Positions 58,491 to 64,000 of a DNA stretch of 64,000 bases are shown one piece after another. The position numbers were made by a program, and so were the translations under genes. Each line of letters starts with the position of its first letter. Positions within the stretch are counted from its first letter, which is position 1. Origin of the DNA: an uncultured Candidatus Saccharibacteria bacterium (lineage in GTDB: Bacteria; Patescibacteriota; Minisyncoccia; Minisyncoccales; Staskawiczbacteraceae); contig CAYZNK010000002.1 of NCBI GenBank assembly GCA_964479955.1, forward strand, positions 7,489 through 71,488, given 5' to 3'. The notes beneath the pieces were generated by a model that was not told where the DNA came from, did no database searches, and worked only from the letters and a program-made list of their open reading frames with translations.

Positions 58491-59621
58491 ATGATTTCAA
58501 ACATCTTACTCCTAATATTAGCTTTTCTTAGCCTTATTGTCTTAATGATAATCCATGAATTCGGGCATTTTATAATAGCAAAAAAATTTGGGGTAAGAGT
58601 TGATGAATTTGGAATCGGATATCCTCCAAGAATATTTGGAAAAAAAATAGGCGAGACAATTTATTCTGTAAATTGGATTCCTCTTGGCGCATTTGTCAGG
58701 ATTTTTGGGGAAGAGGGAGGCATTGACGACTACAGAAGTTTTACGGGATTAAAAATTTGGAAAAGGGCGCTAATAATAGTGGGAGGGGTGGCGGCTTTTT
58801 GGTTGGCCTCAATACTTATTTTTTCTGTTGTGTTTGCAATTGGGACAGATTTGCCAATAGGCGACAATGATGTTGTCGGTCTTGAAAACCCAAAAGTGAT
58901 AGTTGCTGAAGTTGTTTCAGGTTCTCCTGCAAAGGAAGCGGGGTTAAAGACAGGAGATATTATTTTAAATATAAAAGCAGGTCAGATTGATGAAAAAGTA
59001 GAAAAAATCAGCCAGTTTAAGGAAATCACATCCGGCCATAAGGGGGAAGAAATAACTTTAGGAATTGAGAGACAGGGGCAAGAAATGAATGTTTTACTTA
59101 CACCAAGAAGCGATTTTCCTGAAGGCCAGGGACCTGTTGGAATTGGCCTGCAAAGAATAGCAACGCTGATACAGAAATATCCATGGTATTTGGCTCCGAT
59201 AAAAGGGGCAGCTTACACTTGGCAGACAACTGTTTTGGCTTTGCAGGGATTGTATTCAATATTTGCAGGATTATTCACGGGTCAAGGTGCTCCTCAAGGA
59301 GCTGAATTTGCTGGGCCTTTGGGAATTACAATTTTTTTGGCAAATGCGGCAAGCTATGGCGCTGGTTTCTTTTTGTATTTTATAGGGTCAATATCAATAT
59401 TTATTGCAATATTTAATTTGTTTCCCATTCCGGCCCTAGACGGAGGAAAGTTGATATTTTTAATCATTGAAAAAATAAAAGGTAGGCCGGTTTCAGTAAA
59501 AGTTGAACAGGCAATCACAATGTTTTTTTTCATTTTGCTGATTTCTTTGTCAATATTCATAACAATAAAGTTTGACGTTCCAAGGTTTGCAGATTACTTA
59601 AAGTCATCTCTGCAACAGTAA
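58491..59621 (+). CDS. rseP: RseP-type site-2 protease (M50) with PDZ domain
   Basis: HEFGHF zinc motif, PDZ-like SGSPAKEAGLKTGDIIL, C-terminal NL.PIPALDGG. Confidence 0.9.
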   Translation: MISNILLLILAFLSLIVLMIIHEFGHFIIAKKFGVRVDEFGIGYPPRIFGKKIGETIYSVNWIPLGAFVRIFGEEGGIDDYRSFTGLKIWKRALIIVGGVAAFWLASILIFSVVFAIGTDLPIGDNDVVGLENPKVIVAEVVSGSPAKEAGLKTGDIILNIKAGQIDEKVEKISQFKEITSGHKGEEITLGIERQGQEMNVLLTPRSDFPEGQGPVGIGLQRIATLIQKYPWYLAPIKGAAYTWQTTVLALQGLYSIFAGLFTGQGAPQGAEFAGPLGITIFLANAASYGAGFFLYFIGSISIFIAIFNLFPIPALDGGKLIFLIIEKIKGRPVSVKVEQAITMFFFILLISLSIFITIKFDVPRFADYLKSSLQQ

Positions 59622-59674
59622 AAATTATTTTAATTAATTAGGCTAAATAATTTTGCAAAGGCAAAATTAAAAAT

Positions 59675-60913
59675 ATGCTTCAATCGCAATTATTTTACAA
59701 AACAACAAAAGAAAAAACCCAGGACGCAGAGTCTGTTTCTGCTGATTTGCTGCAAAGGGCAGGGTATATTGACCAGGTTATGTCGGGAGTTTATACTTTT
59801 TTGCCTATGGGTCTAAAAGTAATGCAGAAGATTGAAAACATTGTCAGAAGAAACATGGAAAAAGCCGGCGGCCAGGAAATCTTGATGCCTGTTTTGCAGC
59901 CAAAAGAAAACTGGCAGAAAACCGGCAGATGGCAAAACTTTGATGTTTTATTCAGGCTGAAAGGGTCGGGGGATAAGGAATATGCTTTGGGTCCCACGCA
60001 TGAAGAAATTGTGTCTCCTTTAGCAAAAAAAAATATTTTTTCATACAAAGATTTGCCTTTTGCCCTTTTTCAAATCCAAACAAAATTCAGAGATGAATTA
60101 AGGCCAAAAGCGGGGTTATTGAGAACAAGGGAGTTTTTAATGAAAGACCTTTATTCTTTCCATGAGAGCCAGGAAGATTTGGATAAGTATTATAGCAAAA
60201 TGGTAAAAGCTTACTTTGATGTTTACAGGGAAATAGGGATTAAAGACAAAACCTATCTTACCTTTGCATCAGGGGGAACTTTTTCAAAATATTCCCATGA
60301 ATTTCAAATGGAGTCTGATGCCGGAGAAGATGTAATATATGTGTGCAAAAAATGCAAAACAGCAATAAATAAGGAAATAAAAGCGGAAAATGCGGTTTGT
60401 CCGGAATGCTCCAGCGACGACTTTGAAGAAAAAAAAGCGATTGAAGTGGGAAACATATTTAAATTGGGAACAAAATATTCTTTGCCTTTTGACCTTAAAT
60501 TTCACGATAAATACGGTGCCGAAAAGCCGGTTATAATGGGATGTTACGGTATAGGAATTTCAAGAATATTAGGGGCAACGGTTGAGGCCAATAATGACGA
60601 GAAGGGGATTGTCTGGCCAAAAAACATAGCGCCTTATTCAGCCCATATAATTGCGGTTGAGAATAATAAAAAAGTAGTATCAACTGCTGAAAAAATATAC
60701 ACAGGTTTACAAAAGAAAAATATTGATATATTATACGACGATAGGCAAGACAAATCGGTTGGAGAAAAATTTGCAGAAGCCGATTTAATAGGAATTCCTT
60801 TGAGGATTGTGGTGTCTGAAAAAACATTAAAAAGCAATTCTTTTGAAGTAAAAGAAAGGAACAAAAAAACAGTAAAATTAGTTAAACTAAAACAGATTGA
60901 AAAAATATTTTAA
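59675..60913 (+). CDS. proS: prolyl-tRNA synthetase, short form without INS editing domain, with a CxxC..CxxC insert
   Basis: LLQRAGYI.Q..SG.Y..LP.G, class II motifs, YVCKKCKTAINKE......CPEC; 412 aa. Confidence 0.9.
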   Translation: MLQSQLFYKTTKEKTQDAESVSADLLQRAGYIDQVMSGVYTFLPMGLKVMQKIENIVRRNMEKAGGQEILMPVLQPKENWQKTGRWQNFDVLFRLKGSGDKEYALGPTHEEIVSPLAKKNIFSYKDLPFALFQIQTKFRDELRPKAGLLRTREFLMKDLYSFHESQEDLDKYYSKMVKAYFDVYREIGIKDKTYLTFASGGTFSKYSHEFQMESDAGEDVIYVCKKCKTAINKEIKAENAVCPECSSDDFEEKKAIEVGNIFKLGTKYSLPFDLKFHDKYGAEKPVIMGCYGIGISRILGATVEANNDEKGIVWPKNIAPYSAHIIAVENNKKVVSTAEKIYTGLQKKNIDILYDDRQDKSVGEKFAEADLIGIPLRIVVSEKTLKSNSFEVKERNKKTVKLVKLKQIEKIF

Positions 60914-60915
60914 TT

Positions 60916-61989
60916 ATGCCCAGGAAAACACTAAATAAACTTTTTTCTTTTTTATCCATTGATATGGCCATTGACCTTGGGACGGCAAATTCTTTGGTTT
61001 ATGCAAAAGATAGAGGAATAATAATAAACGAACCTTCAGTTGTTGCGGTAAATAATAAAACAGGTCAGATTTTAGCAATAGGCGAGGAAGCAAAAAAAAT
61101 GGTTGGCAGGACACCTGCTTATATTTCAGCTGCAAGGCCATTGGTGAACGGAGTAATATCAAACTTTGAGGTGACAGAGCAGATGCTAAGGTATTTTATT
61201 GAAAAAGCATCATCGTCTTCAAAAAAAATATTTAGGGCGGCTATTTTCCCAAGAGTTATAATAGGCATACCTTGCGGAGTTACTGAAGTTGAAAGAAAGG
61301 CTGTCAGGGATGCGGCAAAAAATGCAGGAGCAAGAACGGTTTTTTTGATTGAGGAACCTTTAGCTTCTGCTATTGGAGCAAAACTTCCAATTCAAGAACC
61401 AGGAGGAAACTTTATTGTTGACATAGGGGGCGGGACAACAGAAGTAGCCGTCATTTCTTTGGGAGGGATTGTGACATCAAAAAGTTTAAGAGTTGCTGGT
61501 GATAAATTAAATGATGATATTATACAGTTTGCACAAAAAGAATATAAGCTTTTGATAGGCGAAAGAACAGCGGAGCTGATAAAAATAAATATTGGTTCGG
61601 CTTTGCCTACCAGAGAGAAAAAAGAGATGCCTATGCGCGGAAGAAACTTGGTCACAGGTCTTCCTGAAGAGGTAGTAGTATTTAACGATGACATACAAAG
61701 GGCATTGGACAGGTCAATAAAACAAATTATTTTAGCAATAAAAACAACCATTGAGGAAACTCCTCCGGAATTGCTTGCAGATGTTATGTCAAACGGAATT
61801 TATTTAGCTGGCGGTGGGTCTCTGCTTTCAGGATTAGATGCGCTTATTTCAAAGGAGACCAAGATGCCATGCAAGATTATTGATGACCCGCTTACCTCTG
61901 TTGTAAGGGGGGCCGGATTGGCTTTAGAAAACGCAAACACCCTTGCACAGATAGTTTCAAGAGAAGAAGATGAGTCATTTTCAGTTTGA
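60916..61989 (+). CDS. mreB: MreB paralogue (copy 2)
   Basis: LSIDMAIDLGTANSLVY...DIGGGTTEVAVISLGG...GGGSLL. Confidence 0.92.
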   Translation: MPRKTLNKLFSFLSIDMAIDLGTANSLVYAKDRGIIINEPSVVAVNNKTGQILAIGEEAKKMVGRTPAYISAARPLVNGVISNFEVTEQMLRYFIEKASSSSKKIFRAAIFPRVIIGIPCGVTEVERKAVRDAAKNAGARTVFLIEEPLASAIGAKLPIQEPGGNFIVDIGGGTTEVAVISLGGIVTSKSLRVAGDKLNDDIIQFAQKEYKLLIGERTAELIKINIGSALPTREKKEMPMRGRNLVTGLPEEVVVFNDDIQRALDRSIKQIILAIKTTIEETPPELLADVMSNGIYLAGGGSLLSGLDALISKETKMPCKIIDDPLTSVVRGAGLALENANTLAQIVSREEDESFSV

Positions 61990-62027
61990 TAAATTTTTTA
62001 ATATAATCGTTAATTAATTTTAAATAA

Positions 62028-62318
62028 ATGATATCCAAAGAAGAAGTAAAGCACATAGCAAAGCTTTCCAGGCTTGAGCTGACCGAGCAAGAAATAGAAA
62101 AAATGCAAGAAGATATGTCTGTTGTATTGGATTATTTTGAATTACTGAAAAAGGTTCCAAAATCCGCCGAGGATTCTAAGGATTTTGGCCAGAAATCAAT
62201 AGGCATAGAGGAAACAAGAGCAGATGAGGCGGTTTCAAGCTATAATATAAAAGATAAGTTGATAGCAAAGTATCCCGCAAAAAAGGATGATTACATAAAA
62301 GTAAAAACAATACTTTAA
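62028..62318 (+). CDS. gatC: Asp/Glu-tRNA amidotransferase subunit C
   Basis: 96 aa; V.HIAKLSRLELTEQE. Confidence 0.92.
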   Translation: MISKEEVKHIAKLSRLELTEQEIEKMQEDMSVVLDYFELLKKVPKSAEDSKDFGQKSIGIEETRADEAVSSYNIKDKLIAKYPAKKDDYIKVKTIL

Positions 62319-62327
62319 TCTCACAAA

Positions 62328-63767
62328 ATGGAATTAACTGACCTGACAATAAAGCAAGCGCACAAAGGATTGAAGAACAGAGAATTTTCTTCTGTTGATT
62401 TGACAAAAGCTTATTTGGAAAAAATTAAAAAATCAAATAAAGAAATAAACGCCTATTTGTCGGTTTATGAAAAAGAAGCGCTTTTGCAGGCAGAATCAGC
62501 CGACCAAAAAATTGTTTCAGGAGATTTTGGAGAATTGACGGGAATTCCTTGCGCAATTAAGGATGCCATAATGGTTGATGGCCAAAAATGCACTGCTGCT
62601 TCAAAAATTTTGGAAGATTATATTGCCCCATATGACGCAACTGTTATTAAAAAACTAAAGGAAAAGGGGGCTGTTATTTTGGGAAAAACAAATACGGATG
62701 AGTTTACAATGGGTTCGTCAACAGAAAATTCTGCCTTTGGCGCAACAAAAAATCCTCACGATATAACAAGAGTTGCGGGAGGAAGTTCGGGCGGGTCAGC
62801 TGCAGCTGTTGCAGGTAATATGGCTTCTTTTGCCTTGGGCTCTGATACCGGGGGCTCAATAAGGCAGCCTGCTTCCCTTTGCGGAGTTGTGGGATTATGC
62901 CCCACATACGGCGCTGTTTCCAGATACGGACTGATTGCGCACGCTTCATCGCTTGACCAGATTGGGCCGTTTTCAAAAAATGTTGAAGACGCAGAAGCCG
63001 TCTTTAAGGCAATTTCCGGAAAAGACAGCATGGACGCAACTTCGGCAAACTATCTGTATGAAAAAATTGAAAGTTTTGAAAAGCCCCTTACAATAGGAAT
63101 TCCCAAAGAATATTTTGCAGAGGGCATAGACCCAGAAGTTGAAAAAATAATCAAAAGCGCAATAAAAAAAGCGGAAGACTTGGGATTTAAAATCAAAGAA
63201 ATAAGCCTTCCTCTCACAGAATACGCGCTTGCCTGCTATTATATAATTGACCCTTCTGAAATATCTGCCAACCTGTCAAGGTTTGACGGCATAAGATACG
63301 GCCTGTCTTTGCAAAACGGAGACTTAAATGATGTTTATTTCAAAAGCAGGGGAAAGGGATTGGGTCAGGAAGTGAAAAGAAGGATTATGATAGGAACATA
63401 TTGTCTGTCTTCAGGATACTATGATGATTATTATAAAAAAGCCCAGGAAGTCAGAAGCCTTATACGCCAGGATTTTGCAAAAGCCTTTGAAAAAACAGAT
63501 TTGCTTTTTTGCCCCGTATCTCCTTTTCCCGCCTTTAAGATAGGAGAAAAAATGAATAATCCAATGTCAATGTATTTAGCTGATATTTATACTGTGCCGT
63601 TAAAGCTTGCAGGCTTGCCGGGTCTTTCTTTGCCAGCGGGAAAAATTAAAAATCCCTCAACAAGTTCAGATTCCGGCGGATTGCCAGTGGGTTTGCAGAT
63701 AATAGGGAATCATTTTCAAGAAAATAAAATTTTAAATGTGGCATTGCAAATGGAAAAAGTGTTATAA
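62328..63767 (+). CDS. gatA: Asp/Glu-tRNA amidotransferase subunit A
   Basis: Amidase signature [28 protein letters not shown]. Confidence 0.96.
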   Translation: MELTDLTIKQAHKGLKNREFSSVDLTKAYLEKIKKSNKEINAYLSVYEKEALLQAESADQKIVSGDFGELTGIPCAIKDAIMVDGQKCTAASKILEDYIAPYDATVIKKLKEKGAVILGKTNTDEFTMGSSTENSAFGATKNPHDITRVAGGSSGGSAAAVAGNMASFALGSDTGGSIRQPASLCGVVGLCPTYGAVSRYGLIAHASSLDQIGPFSKNVEDAEAVFKAISGKDSMDATSANYLYEKIESFEKPLTIGIPKEYFAEGIDPEVEKIIKSAIKKAEDLGFKIKEISLPLTEYALACYYIIDPSEISANLSRFDGIRYGLSLQNGDLNDVYFKSRGKGLGQEVKRRIMIGTYCLSSGYYDDYYKKAQEVRSLIRQDFAKAFEKTDLLFCPVSPFPAFKIGEKMNNPMSMYLADIYTVPLKLAGLPGLSLPAGKIKNPSTSSDSGGLPVGLQIIGNHFQENKILNVALQMEKVL

Positions 63768-63802
63768 TAATAAAATACTTTTAACTATTTAAAATTTTAG
63801 CA

Positions 63803-64000
63803 ATGAATCTGGAAGAAATTTTTAATTTTTCCGAGATAAAAGAATTTATCTATTTTGTTTCCTCTCCCGAAATACAGGGGATTCTTCTGCCCGTGAAAGT
63901 AGTTTTTATTTTTTTCAGCTTGTTTTTTTTGGCGGCAGTGATTTACTTCATGTTTAATAGTACATGGATGAGATATAAATTTTTAGAAGATACTTTTGAA
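63803..64000 (+). CDS. hypothetical membrane protein, 3'-truncated by the window edge
   Basis: ATG 63803, open to the end of the window. Translation is MNLEEIFNFSEIKEFIYF...VVFIFFSLFFLAAVIYFMF. Confidence 0.45.
   Translation, partial: MNLEEIFNFSEIKEFIYFVSSPEIQGILLPVKVVFIFFSLFFLAAVIYFMFNSTWMRYKFLEDTFE

Overview
This is a low-GC bacterial chromosome segment, roughly one third G+C by eye. Its gene content and organisation look like a Candidate Phyla Radiation / Patescibacteria (Parcubacteria-like) genome, which is an inference from content with no search run. About 26 kb (24.9-52.3 kb) is a nearly complete str-S10-spc-alpha ribosomal-protein superoperon running rpsL to rpsI, with no L30 gene and many Lys-rich protein extensions. 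It is interrupted several times: by antisense genes between rpsG/fusA and fusA/tuf, by a GIY-YIG gene between rpsJ/rplC, and by tpiA, a DksA-like gene, alaS and a 427-aa gene between map/infA. Other core genes are iscS-iscU-mnmA, murA, two mreB, holB, frr, rseP, proS and gatCA. An accessory block (about 7.8-23.8 kb) holds four things. (1) An IS200-like REP-associated tyrosine transposase (RAYT) with its REP/REPIN hairpins, which are also scattered elsewhere in the window. (2) Two MITE-like long palindromes. (3) A 23S-IVS-type four-helix-bundle gene cassette bracketed by inverted repeats. (4) A cell-surface locus headed by an ~1,850-aa tailspike-like fibre protein with a perfect 413-bp internal duplication. 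The most unusual pattern is a set of six single-gene cassettes. Each has a sigma70-type promoter and a strong Shine-Dalgarno box, four have their own terminator, and five are visibly GC-richer than the host. They are dispersed through core operons whose native genes show no Shine-Dalgarno sequence. A second unexplained signal is a conserved, covarying hairpin element that directly abuts the start codons of unrelated genes. No rRNA, CRISPR array, reverse transcriptase, integrase or phage structural module was seen. All calls come from reading the sequence and ORF translations. No database search, covariance model or statistic was run.
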